Positions 38,302-52,316 of a stretch of 64,000 nucleotides of DNA are shown here, piece after piece. The DNA lies in NCBI RefSeq assembly GCF_006345805.1, contig NC_043006.1:49290001-49354000 (forward strand), written 5' to 3'. Source of the DNA: Octopus sinensis. Lineage: Eukaryota. Both the position numbers and the translations under genes were made by a program. Under the pieces are notes generated by a model. It was not told the origin of the DNA, ran no database searches, and was given only the letters and a program-made list of their open reading frames with translations. Every line of letters begins with the position of its first letter. The first letter of the stretch is position 1.

Positions 38302-38721
38302 ACTCTTTTACTCATTTACTTGTTTCAGTCATTTGACTGGGGCCATGCTGCAGCACCGCCTTTTAGTTGAGCAAATCGACCCCCAGGACTTATTCTTTGT
38401 AAGCCTAGTACTTATTTATCGGTATCTTTCACCGAACCGCTAAGTTACAGGGCGTAAACACACCAGCATCGGTTGTCAAATGATGTTGGGGGACAAACAC
38501 AGACACACAAACATATACACATACATACATACATACATACATTATATATATATATATGCGATGGGCTTCTTTCACTTTCCGTCTACCAAATCCACTCACA
38601 AGGCTTTGGTCTGCCTGAGGCTATAGTAGAAGACACTTGCGCAAGATGCCACATAGTGGGACTGAACCCAGAACCATGTGGTTGGTAAGCAAGCTACTTA
38701 CCACACAGCCACTCCTACACC
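38302..38721 (-). mobile_element. SINE family A
   Basis: Reverse complement of 7444-7862. Confidence 0.88.
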
Positions 38722-41700
38722 TATGATTATTTATTTGATCAATACCTGCTTGCAGTTGAAAGATAGACTCGACTCCTGCCACAGATTTGAATTCCTTCTG
38801 TAAAATCACAATGTAATAAATCAAATGAGAAAATAATTTACCAATCATGAAAGTAGAACATGTTTTAAAACTAAGTTAACCGCATATAACTATTGATTGA
38901 CATATGATGCATGTTGCCAGAACAGATCTGACCTGGTTTTTACCATACTGATGCCAGCAGTTGGCATTGTACCAAATTTGGTTGAGTACACCTGTGTGTG
39001 TGTGTGTGTGTCTGCCTACTTGCCTTATTCCATGTCAGCATGTACAGGAACCGGCTGATGGTAAACTGGCGTGGCACATGTGCCCTCACACAGTTTCCAG
39101 CTGATAGATTGCTATGTAGTCATTAATATTAAACTGTTGAGTGGTGATGGTGGTGGTGGTGGCAGTAGTGGTAGTAACAGTTGCCGTTTAGCCCTCGGTC
39201 AGTCTTGATCAAGCAGACCTATGATCAAAGATATTCCTTCCAGGACCAGCCCATCCTGTTGTAAGAAGAGTTTATAGGAATACGTTATCTAACATTCCTT
39301 TTTCCAAAACAGTGGGTAGTGTTGTTAATATGAGTGAAATTTTGCTGCTATTATTAGCAGGTCAGGCAACCACATAAAGGCTTCTTTTTTGGCTCATTGT
39401 AATAGTAAATAGTAACAGCAACTGCAGTAGCAGCTGGGAAAGCAAATGGTGGTGATGGTGGTGATGGTGGCAGTTGTGGTTTATAAAGGAAGGATAGAAA
39501 GCTGTTGTATTTAGTTTTTATTTTTGGCTTTTTTCTATTTTGTTTTGAAATGCATTATATTATTACTATTTTATTTAGTGTATCAAGTGGTAATCTTCAA
39601 ATGAAATAGTGATAATCTGGAGATAGTTACTTTCAAAGGTCTTATGACATTTGCTCTTTAAATATAATGCTCTTATGTGGTATTAACAGGTTTATAACCT
39701 TTTACTACAATTAATATTTCTTACTCTCTCTTTCTCTCTCTCACATACATTCATATACATATTTTAATCTGGCCAATTGGTTGGTCAGGGATGAAAAGCA
39801 GCTTGTTCATTAGACATCAGCATTTCTTTCACCTGCATGTATTTGGTCTGTCATTGAATTCTAAACTGTCTTTGTTTCATTATTCTTGCATTCATGCTGT
39901 GTTAGTCATCTGTTTCACAGTTTAGGATCCATTCTTTCCATATGCTAATAATCCTTTAAAACTGACCAGACAAAAGCTTATTTAATCTTCTACATCTCAC
40001 CCATACACAATCTTGAATTAGCTCAGTCATTACCAGATCCCTTTCCAGTACAAGAGATCCCATTTATTTAAATGGATTTTCTCATGGACCCTGAAGGTCT
40101 CTCCATTCAATAAGCATATTCTATAAACTGTCAGTGAACTCATCTTCAGTTTCATCTGTCTATTGAAAGATATATATAACAGTAATTATGCAGCTTTTTA
40201 AAATTTTGAACTCAGCTCACAGACCCCCAGTACTATGTTTTTGAACCATCCAGGAGTGCACAGTTGCCGGGTTGAGAGCTGCTAAATTATCTGATGTGTA
40301 TGGCTATTTTTTAAAGGGTATCTAACCCTCTAAAATAAGACATGTTGCCTACATGTTACCCATTTGCATACTTCAATTCATTGATAATACATAGTTATTT
40401 TGAGAGGATCTTTTTTTCCTTTCTGTCAGCATAGTTTTCATTTATTTGACTGACCAGTGGTCAACTCCATAGTTAAAAACAATGAATACAGAGTTGAAAC
40501 AAAAAACCAATGGAAAGGAAAGCAAGGACGAACAAGTTAAGGTGAATTCTACTTGTTCTGAAGATGACACCTTTTCTACTCTTTTAATATCATTTTTCGA
40601 CGAAGAAATCAACACTTTGAAGTTCTTTTCTAGCTGTCTGGATATCTCGACAGTTGTTCTGCTGAGCAGTGCCTGTTTTGTTGTGTGTGCATCGTTATTT
40701 TCATCACTTTGGCGTGTCTTGTTTCACAGTTCCGATGACTACTCCTTTCTCGCTTTGCACCTAGCTAGTGTACCTGGCTACAATGCAACAACTTTGGGTA
40801 CTTTCTGGAATGACACCAGCTTTGAAAAATTTGAGAATTTCCTAAAAAAACAAAATTGAGAAAAAGAAAAAAAAAGAAAAAAAAAAAACAAGGCAAAAAT
40901 AAACCTCAGAAACAATAATGACAGATTTTCTATAGAATCTTCCAGAACTTGTTGCCATTTATGTCAAGAAATTATTGAATGTCATCTTTGCAGTTCCAGC
41001 CTAATATTTCAACTAGTTGTGTATGTATAGATCTCTTTTTTTTTTCAATACTTTCTGAAGATAGTGTGTGGGAGTGTGTGTGTGTGTGCGTGTGTGTTAT
41101 TTCATTCCTTGTTTCTTTCCTTCTCTTTTGTCTTTCTTTTTCTCTCTTTATCTTGCTTTCCTTTACTTCTGTGTGCCTTTCTTCCATTCATCTATATTTT
41201 CCTTATCTTCATTTGTTTGCTTGATTCTTATTCATATTCTCTCCACCCTCTCTGTCTGTCTGTCTCACACACACAATCACTTCATTGTTTGTCTTTTCTC
41301 TCTCTGTCTCTCTTTTGATTCCATTTTCTCCTCCTCTTCTCCCCATCCTCCTCATTAACCATTTTACTTCTACATTATTTACTGCAGGACTCCCAGTTTC
41401 TTTCTTCCTTTCATGTTCCTTTGCTTGTTCCAATCTACCGTTGCTTTCTTTGGACATAGCCACAGAGCCTCAGCTTCAGAGTGTGTTGATACAAACATCC
41501 ATGTGTGCAATTGTATAAGTGCATGTGTCATTTGTTGATATGTGCATGTGTGCGAGAATGCAATTACATAGCTGCATGTTAGCTTTTGATGATTATGTGA
41601 GTGTTATGAAAGAGATCTTGTTCTTAACCAAGCATGTATATCCAAACCTGTTATCCTTGTAGATCACTTTATAGTTCTCTGCTTCTCTCTGTATCTGTCT

Positions 41701-43519
41701 TTCTCTTTCTCATCCTATTTCCTTTCTCTCTTAAAAACGGTTTTCAGCCATCAAGCTAAATTGGACTGCCTCTTCATTCCACTCAAAGATGCAACTATCT
41801 TCTCTGTTTGTTGGTCTCTCTCTCTTTCTCTCGATGTGTACTGAATGTATGTGTTGAAGTGAGCTTTGTACAAGCTTAACTCACTGCTATAATAATTGCT
41901 TGTTTTAGCTTCTTTTTCTGTACATTTAACTTGCCATCTCTTTCCCATGCTTTGAAACTACATAAACAAAGTATTTAAGTTTCTCTGTTTGATTTACTAT
42001 TTAATTATTATACCAGCCATTTCTAGTTAATATTTTATCCCTGACAATGTTAATCTTCTCTGTTGGTCTTTTTTTTTTCTACGTCTTAATTACTTTGAAC
42101 AGTTGAGTTTTGTAAAATCTCTCTATTTCTTTTTCTGTTTTTCTTTTTACTTGCGTTTCTACTAAAAATTCCCCATGGTATGTGAACTTCAAATTTAATA
42201 CTAAATTAGGTGACCTTAATTCAATACTAAGTGCTTAGAAGTTGAGACTACTCCTTATTTGATATGTGTATGGTCAACTACCTTTGCATAACGTAGCAGT
42301 GACTTCAACAAACAAAAAGCAGCAAATGACAACAACAACAACAACAGTAATAATAACAACAACAACAAACAACAACAACAATAATGGTGATGATGATTTC
42401 TTACATGTGCACGAGGTTAGAAATTTACAGAGAGGAGAAGAGTTGATTATATTTGACTCTAGTATTTGACAGTTGTTTTATTTCTTTGACCCAGGAAGGA
42501 GGAAAAGCAATGATGAGCTCCAAAAATAAAGGGTTTTTAAACCAAATGCAGCAAAGCTCTTTGTCTGATGTGCTGCTGATTTTGCTCATCCACTGTGTGT
42601 GAAATTAATAATAATGATAATAATAATCCTTTCTACTAAAGGCACAAGGCGTGAAATTTTGGGCAGGGGACTAGTTGATTACATTGACCCCAGTGTTCAA
42701 ATGGTACTTATTTTATTGACACCGAAAGGATGAAAGGCAAAGTCGACCTTGGTGGAGTTTAAACTCAGAACGTAAAGATAGACAAAATGCTGCTAAGCAT
42801 TTTGCCCAGCATGCTAATGATTCTGACTGTTCACCACCTTTATTGATTTCAAATTTTGGCACAGGGCCAGCAATTTTGAGGGAGGGGGCAAGTTGATTAC
42901 ATGGACCTCAGTTATTGACTGGATTTTCTACAGCTGGATGTCCTTTCTGTCATCAACCCTCATCTGTCTCCATGTAAAGTAATATTTCCCCATGGTCAGA
43001 CATACCTTCATGGAAAATTGGAAACAGAGGACACCACTTATATGACAGTGACACTCGTTTACAATTATCACATGATGTTAAGACAAGGAGACACCAACTG
43101 AAACATATATGTACATATATATATATACGTACATGTATATATGACAGGCTTCAAGATTTTGATCATCCTGGAGCTATAATAGAAGGCACTTGTCCAAAGT
43201 TCCATGCAGTGTGACTGAACTCAGAATGACGTGGTTGGGACACAAGCTTTTTAACCACACAGTCGTGCCTGTACCTCAGTATAATAGTGGATAACTTTTG
43301 GAGAAACAAATAGTTTGGAGATGTAAAAGAGAAGTATATTGTCGAATATCTGTAATGGATTAAACAAAGGAAGTCCAGAAATCCTAAAGAAAACTGCTTA
43401 GATCATAGAAAAGAAAAATTTTAGTTGCAAAAAAGCATTTAAGAAGGTTGGTAAGGCTAAATTGGAAGAGATAATCAAAAAGCAAATGAAACCATGTATC
43501 ATATAGAACAAGCAATATA

Positions 43520-44018
43520 CTGTAATCCCTCGACTATCGTGAGTGTTACGTTCCAAACCCTCCTGTGATTGGTGAAAATGCATTAAGTAGAAATAGCACT
43601 GTACTGTATATATCTTTTATCATATTTATAATTTGTATATATTCATTTTATTATAAATGCAAAACAACACCATACACTCACCTCCTGAGTTTCGTTTTCA
43701 ATACAATATATGCAATTCTTTGCTTATTCATCTACGGTACACTACATATATTTTTTGATATATTTTAATTAAGGTGTTATACACTGCAGTACTGTACTGT
43801 TATTGTATTTATTAATTTATTAATTTTTAGGCATAAAAATGCTTATTTTACCAGAGAAATAATTAAAATCTAAAAAAATATCAATACCTATTGGCCACAG
43901 AAACCCATGACATACTGAGGAGTCTGCAATATAAATTTACATATATTAGCCAGAAAAATCTGTGATGTGATGTACTGAGTGCACGATATGTGAATTGCGA
44001 TATGGCAAGGGATTACTG
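43520..44018. mobile_element. pogo/Tigger-like MITE, about 500 bp
   Basis: TA | CTGTAATCCCTCGACTATCG ... GCGATATGGCAAGGGATTACTG | TA. Confidence 0.75.
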
Positions 44019-45019
44019 TAACTGGAATCAACAGTTTAATAGCAGCAGCCGAACATTTGATTGTTGTAAACAAGCACCATTGTCATACAATGTTTGAAAA
44101 TATTACCTTTGCTTGAAAACAAGTAAAGGTTGGTGACAGGATGGGCATCCAGCCATAGAAAATGATGATGACTGGGAAGAATGTCTGTGGAACTGAATAA
44201 TAAACAGAAAGAATTGGTTGGCTGCATGGATGACACATGAAAGAACTACTACGTTTCTTTTTACAATTTTTTTCCAGATTTTCAAACCTAAATATTAGTG
44301 GTTGTATTATACACAAGAACTGTTATCCACTTTTTTACCAGTCAAATGCATTACCATATTTGGAATGGTATTCTGGAAGTTAGACAGTAATATCTTTTGT
44401 TCAAGCTAAGTGATGTGCAATGAAGAGTTAAAACGACTATAATGTTATGTTTATGATAGTAAAAATATTTTAATGTTGGGCATAATTGACAGAAACAGGT
44501 TCTGAAGAATTAGTGCCATCAACCTTTAGTATGGAAGACTAGAGTATAATACTTTTATAACTGAAAAATATTACATGACTTATTTCATGTGGAGAAGATC
44601 AAATTAATAAACAGTCAATAAGGATAGTTCACAAATTATGCTCATTATCAATATGTGAGCTTAAAGTAAAACAAATAATTACTTCTGATCCTGAAATCTT
44701 ATTATTATAAACCATCACCATATACGTTGCTATTTATTGAAAGAATGCAAGTATTTCATATATAATGAAATTGTTTACGTCCTGCATTATGTCTTTTGCA
44801 CTAGTTGACTTTTATAGTAGCTACCCGTTTACAAATTACATTAGTGAAGTACAAATATCAATTTCGAATGTGCTTTTTGCTATGTGGATAGTGAAAAATT
44901 TTAATGTACTTTAGACAGCAATTATAATAAAACTGACTAAACACTTCTTTTCTACACAATAAGAAAAGTCAGTACAGCTTATACATGGGAGATATTAATG
45001 TAGCCCATAATTAGTGATG

Positions 45020-46300
45020 TATATTAATTATATGGCTACAGTAATTTGTTATTAAAAGATCCATCAAAAGGAAAGGCTGCCAACAATTTTAGTCCAACAT
45101 CAGGTTTTCTCTTCTTCTGATATGGAATCTTTTGATTGGAATTATTGTAGGTAATATATGCATTGATTTCTTGAATAAATATCAGTTTCTAATAGAGAAG
45201 GTGATATTAAAGGATTGTAAGAGAAAACTTGCAAATGTGACTATAACCTGAATAGATTACAAGATGATGTATGATATGTTACAGTTTCTCATTCATGGAT
45301 AACAGAATACATAAAGATATTTAGAGTGGCAAACAATGACACAGACATCACAGAATGTAGCATGAAAAATTGCAAAGGTAAACTTATGTCATCAGAAGAG
45401 TTATTGGTTGAGGTTTTGAAATAAAGAGAGGAATTTAACAAGGTGACAGTATAACACCGTTATTATTTGCACAAATTCAACAAAAATACAGGGCTGGATT
45501 TCAGAATCAAGAAGTGTGGTGAGTTGATTCGATGGAGAGGAAAAGTTTTGATATCTGATTGGGAAGTGTTATGTTACCAGAAAGGCAGGTGGTGAAAGAC
45601 AGATTGAAGGCAGTGGATATAGATATTTAGGTATACTGGAAACAGATTTGATTAGGGACAATGAATTGAAAAGAGTATTTCAGAAAATTGAAGTTGGTTT
45701 TAAAAATTAGGGAAAAGGATCAGGGTTGGGTGATAGGACAAAGCAAGATTATGACAATAAATATGTGTAGTGAGTAAATGATGAGGTATGGAGCTGTGAT
45801 TATCAAATGGAACAAACAAGTGATTACGAAAATGGGTGCTTTTAAAAAGCAATAACCAAAAATAATGGTGTACTGTATCCCAAAAGTGATGTCGGTAGAA
45901 TTTTATTTTGCCAGCATCAGAAGTGGTAGAAGTTTGATATGTTGTAAAAACTGTATAAGTGAGGAAAAATTAAAGTTGCATTGAAAGAATGGTTTTTCAG
46001 AAAATAATGGTATAAGAAATGGAGAAAATGGATAGATAAATTGATGCGTGACTATTTATGAGTGACATGGAAAGTGGAGGTGATAAGAAACATCATTTGA
46101 ATGGATGTGAATATTAGATTTAAGGTCAAAACTGAAGTCCGAGTATATGAAACACAAGCAACTCTTAAGAACTATAGAGTCATTATTTTGTAGACTCTGA
46201 AATGGAAGGAAAAATAGCCAACCGTATCATGAATGCAGTGTACTGGTGAAAAAAGAAGGTGCAGTAACATTGCTAAGATTGTGCACTGTTGAAGCATCAC
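45020..46300 (+). mobile_element. Highly degraded non-LTR retrotransposon (R4/Dong-like RT and C-terminal region)
   Basis: Frame-hopping fragments KDPSKGKAANNFSP, KDCKRKLANV..*IDYK..YDM..SHSWI, YLGILE, LYPKSDVGR, CRL*...ECSVLVKKE...IAKIVH occur in the expected order. Confidence 0.65.
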
Positions 46301-47094
46301 ATATCATTAGTGTGTACAAGTTTAACGATGCTGACATTTGAACTTGGGTTGTATGGGATGGAATGAAATACCAAAATACTGTTATGGCCTTCTCTATAGT
46401 CTTTGCTACTTTGGTAATAAGAGTTTCTGATTTAGGCAAAGATTGGAAGTTTTTCTAGGGGACGACTGTTGATACAACAACCCAATTACTAAGATTGATA
46501 CTTAATTTTATCAACTCAAAAAGGATGAAAGACAAGCAGGATTTGAACTCAGAATGTAAAGAGTTGGATCAAATACTGCATGGCATTTTTTCAGTGCCTT
46601 AACAATACTGCCAGGTCACCCACCATCTTTCAACTGTCTATACTATACTAAAGAAGATCTCTTATTAATAACTTTGGAGCATGTAACCTTTACTAAAAGC
46701 AAAATTTTTAAAGCCTACACTGTCTAGAAAATTCTTAAAAATTTAAATTTCAATGTATTTTTCTCAAAATATTGTTTTAGAGAATTTTTAATTACTAACG
46801 ATTTCAATTACAGAAAACTAACTTCAATTCTCTGTGAGATAGTTGTTGTTCCCTCTTTGTCTTTTCTCTTTCACATACACCTCTTGATGCAACTTTCTAC
46901 AAACATATCTGTAAAAACATTTCTCCAAATTATAAGTTTATCTTAGTATCAGCCAAATTGTTTTGATTCTGGTATCTTTTCATATTTGTTGCATGTTTTT
47001 GAAAAAGAGGAGTGATTTTAATTTACTTACGTCAGTTGTACCAAATATAACCTTGTTGTTATCAGAAAAGCAATGAGGCACAGTATGACCTTAA

Positions 47095-47313
47095 CCCTTT
47101 AGTGTTCACATTATTCTACCCAAATTAATGCTTTTTCATCTACATTGTTTTGATCTAATCATGCATTATGTTGTAACTGAGAATTTGATGAGGTAGCTGT
47201 TAATTTTTAAAACGATATTGTAGGGTTGGTGTGAGAGACCAGATCTGGCCAGTTTGAACATAAAACAGGCAGAATACTTTTGGCCAGATATGGCCGGTTT
47301 AAATGCTAAAGGG
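47095..47313. mobile_element. piggyBac-like MITE, 219 bp; abundant family with degenerate copies near 4.6-4.8k, 11.2-11.3k, 48.2-48.5k, 50.7-51.0k, 52.8-53.0k and 56.9-57.1k
   Basis: TTAA | CCCTTTAG ... CTAAAGGG | TTAA. The internal sequence recurs across the window. Confidence 0.8.
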
Positions 47314-47693
47314 TTAAACTCCTTGTATAAATTTCCTAAAACATGTATATATGTTTGTTGATCATAAATCTAAAAACTTTGTCTATGATTATTTGACATT
47401 TCTCCAGGAACAAAGAAAAATGTTCTGCTTCTAAAAGTAGTTTAAATTTTTAATCACACCCACTTCAAAATCATTGTGCTTTTCTTTTACTTTTTCTTTT
47501 TTTTTATTTGTTTGTCATCAAGCAATTTTTCTTGTTATTTATTTTCCTATTCACCTGCTTATTCTTGAATGACAGTTTTGGTTATTTCCTAGGTCAGCCT
47601 TGACTCAGAACGCAATCAATCATTCCAGCCATGATCAGATTGTCATGTTCTTTTTGTTTTTTTCTTTTTGAAGCAGTGTACCTAGGACTGCTA

Positions 47694-48030
47694 TGTGAAG
47701 GTGCATGGCTCAGTAGTTAGAGTGTTGAGTTTACGATCGTGAGGTTGTGAGTTCAAATCCCAGACCGGACTGTGTGTTGTGTTCTTGAGCAAGACACTTT
47801 ATTTCACGTTGCTCTAGTTTACTCAGCTGTAGAAACCAGTTGTGATGTAACAGGTGCCAAGCTGTATTGGCCTTTGCCTTTCCCTTGGATAACACTGGTA
47901 GCATGGAGAGGGGAGGCCGGTATGCATGGGCGACTGCTGGTCTTCCATAAATAACCTTTCCCAGACTTGTGCCTGGGAGGGTAACTTCCTAGGTGCAATC
48001 CCATGGTCAGTCATGACTGAAGGGGGTCTC
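47694..48030 (+). mobile_element. SINE family C (tRNA head, CORE-like block, distinct tail)
   Basis: TGTGAAGGTGCATGGCTCAGTAGTTAG...GAGTTCAAATCCC followed by CTTGAGCAAGACACTTT. Confidence 0.75.
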
Positions 48031-48854
48031 CGCAACCTAGGACTACATTATCTAATATGTTCTTTATGTTTTTAGTATGAGGGTGGGTGGTGTAATTGGA
48101 AGGAGATTTTGACTGCTATTTCTAACAGTTCAGCTAATCACATACAAGTTCTTTCATTGATTCATTGATTATATGACTAGGTTCAGGTGGTGACCTTAGC
48201 AGAGGAAGATAAAGTGGATTCATGTAAGGTCTTGAAACTTAATAATTAATCTTTTAGCATTCAAACTGGCTATATCTAGTCTAAATATTTTACCTGATTT
48301 ACTTTCAAACCAGTCAGATCTAACCTGTCACACTTACCCTACAATGTTATTTTCAAATTAAACAATCACATGATTGAAATCTTGAAGCTATGAGATAATG
48401 CATGATTAATTCAAAACAGTGTGAATAAATAAGCATTACAGTCGACAATGTAATCTGAATGCTAAAAGGGTTAATCCATCCTTATCATTGCTAGTCATAT
48501 CTGTTCTAACTTTAATTAGTCAGTATGTACAAATAAATTTTGTTGTAGCAAAAGTAATGTGTGTACTAATTGCATAATAATTATAATTATTACTAGGTTA
48601 TTTTTAAGTAAATAGTCATTTTGTGCATGCATTAATTTCTTTTTGTGTGCCGGTTGCAAAATGTATGTGTGCATGTACACAGCTTAAAAGGGGACAGTGA
48701 TTGGTGACGTGCATTACCTGTAAGTAGGTCATTCTAGTAGTCTAGGGATGAATGTAAGAAGTTTTGAGATAGACCCTGTGTGTGTGTGTGTGAAAGAGAG
48801 AGAGAGAAGCTTTGAAGAGTAGCATTATGTGATGAGCATTGATGAAATAATAAC

Positions 48855-48859
<5 letters not shown>

Positions 48860-48892
<33 letters not shown>

Positions 48893-50100
48893 GGGTTTCA
48901 AATTTTGGCACCAGGCCAGCAGGTTTGGGGGAGGGGGCAAGACGATTACCCCCCCCCCTCCAGTGTTTGACTGGTACTTAATTTATTGACCCTCAAAAGG
49001 ATGAATGGTAAAAGTCAACTTTGGCAGAATTTGAACTCAGAATGTATATTTCTTTATTGCCCACAAGGTGCTAAACATTGAGAGGACAAACAAAGACAGA
49101 CAAAGGGATTAAGTCAATTACCATCAACCCCAGTACGTAACTGGTTCTTAATTTATCGACCCCGAAAAGATGAAAGGCAAAGTCGACCTTGGTGGAATTT
49201 GAACTCAGAACGTAATGGCAGACGAAATATCGCTAAGCATTTTGCCTGGCATGCTAACAATTCTGCCAGCTCTCCGCTAACTGTTCTGCCAGCTCACTGC
49301 CTTCAAGAATGTAAAGACATGAAATGCTGCTAAGTATTTTGTCCAATGTGCTAACAATTCTGCCAGCTCAATAATAATAATAATAATAATAATGATTTCA
49401 TTTATTTGCCATGAGGGCAAAAGATGGTGGGAGGACAATACAGAGACAGACATAAAGTGTGAGGGTTTACATATAATAAGGAAATGATAAAAAAAAAAAA
49501 AAAGTATACACGGTATACACTAGGAAAGAGGAGTCATATGCATTGCGTACAGAAGTACAAAGGAGAGAAAAAAAAGGTCTGAACTTTTGGAGGAGGGTTT
49601 AGTTGAGATTACATTGACCTCAATGATTGACCACTACTTATTTTGTTGACCACGAAAGGATGAAAGACAAAGTTGACTTCAGTAATATTTGAATTCGGAA
49701 TGCCAAGCCAGAAGAAATACTGCTATGCTAACAGTTCTATCGCCTCACTGCCTCTAATAATAATAATAATAATAATATAATCCTTTCTACTATTGGCACA
49801 AGGCCTAAAATTTTGGGGGAGAGGACTGGTTAACATTGACCCCAGTACTCAACTGGTACTTATTTTATCAACCCCAAAAGGATGAGAGGCAAAGTCAAGC
49901 TTGGCAGAATTTGAACTCAGAATGGATGAAATATCGCTAAGTATTTTGCCAGCTGGTACTTATTTCATCAACCTGAAAGAATGAAAGGCAAAGTCGACCT
50001 CGGTGGAATTTGAACTGAGAATGTAAGGGCAGACGAAATGCTGCTAAGCAGTTTACTCAGTGTGCCAACAATTCTGCCAACTCACTGCCTTAATAATAAT
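48860..50100 (-). mobile_element. Cluster of at least five full or partial family-B-related SINEs with (AAT)n tracts
   Basis: Repeated GGATGAAAGGCAAAGTCGACC..GGAATTTGAACTC units. The best copy is 49047-49277. Confidence 0.8.
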
Positions 50101-52316
50101 AATAATGTTCTGAGTATGCATCCGGTGGTAAGGCTCAGGAGTTCATGAGTTTTGGGGACTGTAGAGTTATTTCTTAAGCATCTATCAAGAACCCTGGTTA
50201 TGGTTCAAGTGGCAGAAGATGGTCCTATAGTTAAGACTTAGAGGTGGGCTGGCCCCTAAACATGTCACACAGGCCTACTGCTACATAAACATACCCTGGC
50301 GTTACATGAACTAGTTCCTCTGCTTAAGAATTGAGTAAGCCCCCTGTTTCAAGTGTAAGCTTAAGGGATCAGAAACCAGCAGAATAATCTGGCAGATGGC
50401 TATAGGAATCTATGCTTCTTTTGCAAGAAAAATATCATGGATCTTCAGACTTTGGCATGGAGGTTCATGGCTGATGATGTCTTTAAAACAGGCATGATAA
50501 ATGAGAGAGAAAATATTGAATTAGTCGAATTAATATGCTGCTAGGGTGACACAGAGATAGTACTTTAATAGATAATATGCTATCAAGTGATATTTCGTTA
50601 CGTCAGTAAAAGTAAAGCTATGATAAGCACTTCACCAGTGACATGCTTTGGGTTATTAGGTGACATGCACCTGACTTTGGAAAAAAAAAAAGGAATATCT
50701 TCCTGCAATACCATGTATTATAAAAAGCTTATCTGTAAGCATTTATCTAAAATTAATATATATAGATTACTCTGTCAAAGGTATTGCTTATTTATTCACA
50801 TTGTTTTGAATTAATCATGCATTATCTCATAAATTCAAGATTTTCATGCTGTGATTGTTTATTTTTTTAGAATGACATTGTAGGAGAGGTGTGAGAGGCT
50901 GGATCCAGTTGGTTTTGACATACAGTGGGTAGAATATTTTGGCTGGATATGGCTGGTTTAAATTCTAAAAGGTTAAAGATCCATTGCATAGTCTAAGATT
51001 TAGAGAAGTTCTAATTGAAACATTTGACAAGAAAGACAGGGTAATAGATGAATATGATGACAATGTACTGAGGGTTAGTTAAGCAGGTACTTTAATCACA
51101 TATACTACATTAGTATAAGTTTATAAATTTGGGTTAATGTTTGACAGAAATGGTAGTGTTATTTGTTCCAGCTCTTTATGTCTAAGTTCAAGTCCTACTA
51201 AGATCTATGCAGTTTTCCTCCTTCTGGGCTTGATAAAAATAAAGTAGCTATCAAACACTATGATTGATATAACTGGCTACTGATCTGTGCCAACATGCAA
51301 TGCTCTAGTGTTATACAATAAAGTCCAAATATATGCTTTTCCTCCATCTCTAATCATCCCTCACTCCTCTCGTATAGTCTTGCAATCCCTATCCATCTAG
51401 GCTCCCTGTTCGTCTGTCCCCAGTTGCCTTTACTCACCTCATACCTCGAGGGTCCACCCTGACACCTCATCACCCTTTTTTCTGTCATTCCAGCTCCATC
51501 GAAGTTTATCCCATCCTCTTTTCTATATATGAGTAACCATGTAGTTTCCCCTACAGTAAGAAACCTGTTCTCTTCTGGCCTCTTCATACTTTAAGCTGTC
51601 ATCTCCTAGGATACAATTACCTCCCTTTCTATCGTAGTTCCACTCACTCAAAGAGGATCTTTATCTTGCAATTTCTTTTATGTTGGTTCCACAAGAAAAG
51701 CACTCTGTACACTCTATGAAGTGCTTGGTGTTAGGAAGGGCAGCAAACTGTAGAAACCATGCTAAAGCAGGCATTAAAGCCTTCCTTGGCCCTGTTGGAT
51801 TCTGTCAAGCTCTCCAACCTATGCATCATCATCATCGTTTAACGTCCACTTTCCATGCTAGCATGGGTTGGACGATTTTGACTGAGGGCTGGCGAACCAG
51901 ATGGCTGCACCAGGCTCCAGCATGGAAAATCCATGTTAAAAGATGATGATGATAATGATGACACACACAATTCCTATCCTTTCACTCACACGTACATTTT
52001 TCTAAACATTGGTCCTATTAAGGTAGTGGAAAAGCAGGAGAGATAAGATCAATCAAGTTGAACCATCTTATCTCTTTTAACATTCTTAAGCATTCAGTCA
52101 GCTATTCCTATATTACAGTTCTGAGATTACCAACAACAACAACAACTGTTTAATTTGGAGAAAAAATCTGATATATTATAAAACACCTTGGTGCACCTGT
52201 TGTGCACACACACACATACATGTATTCAGCTAAATCACTACAGTAACTGCATGTTTTTTTTTTTTTTCATCTTATTATTTCTTAGTGTACTTAACTGTTT
52301 GTCTGATATATTTCAG

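Noticed and set aside
41209-41463. Minus-strand ORF MSKESNGRLEQAKEHERKKETGSPA... as an upstream exon of the 40841 acceptor
   Set aside because: Largely derived from (CT)n-rich low-complexity sequence. Donors are weak and every spliced product terminates quickly with no recognisable homology.
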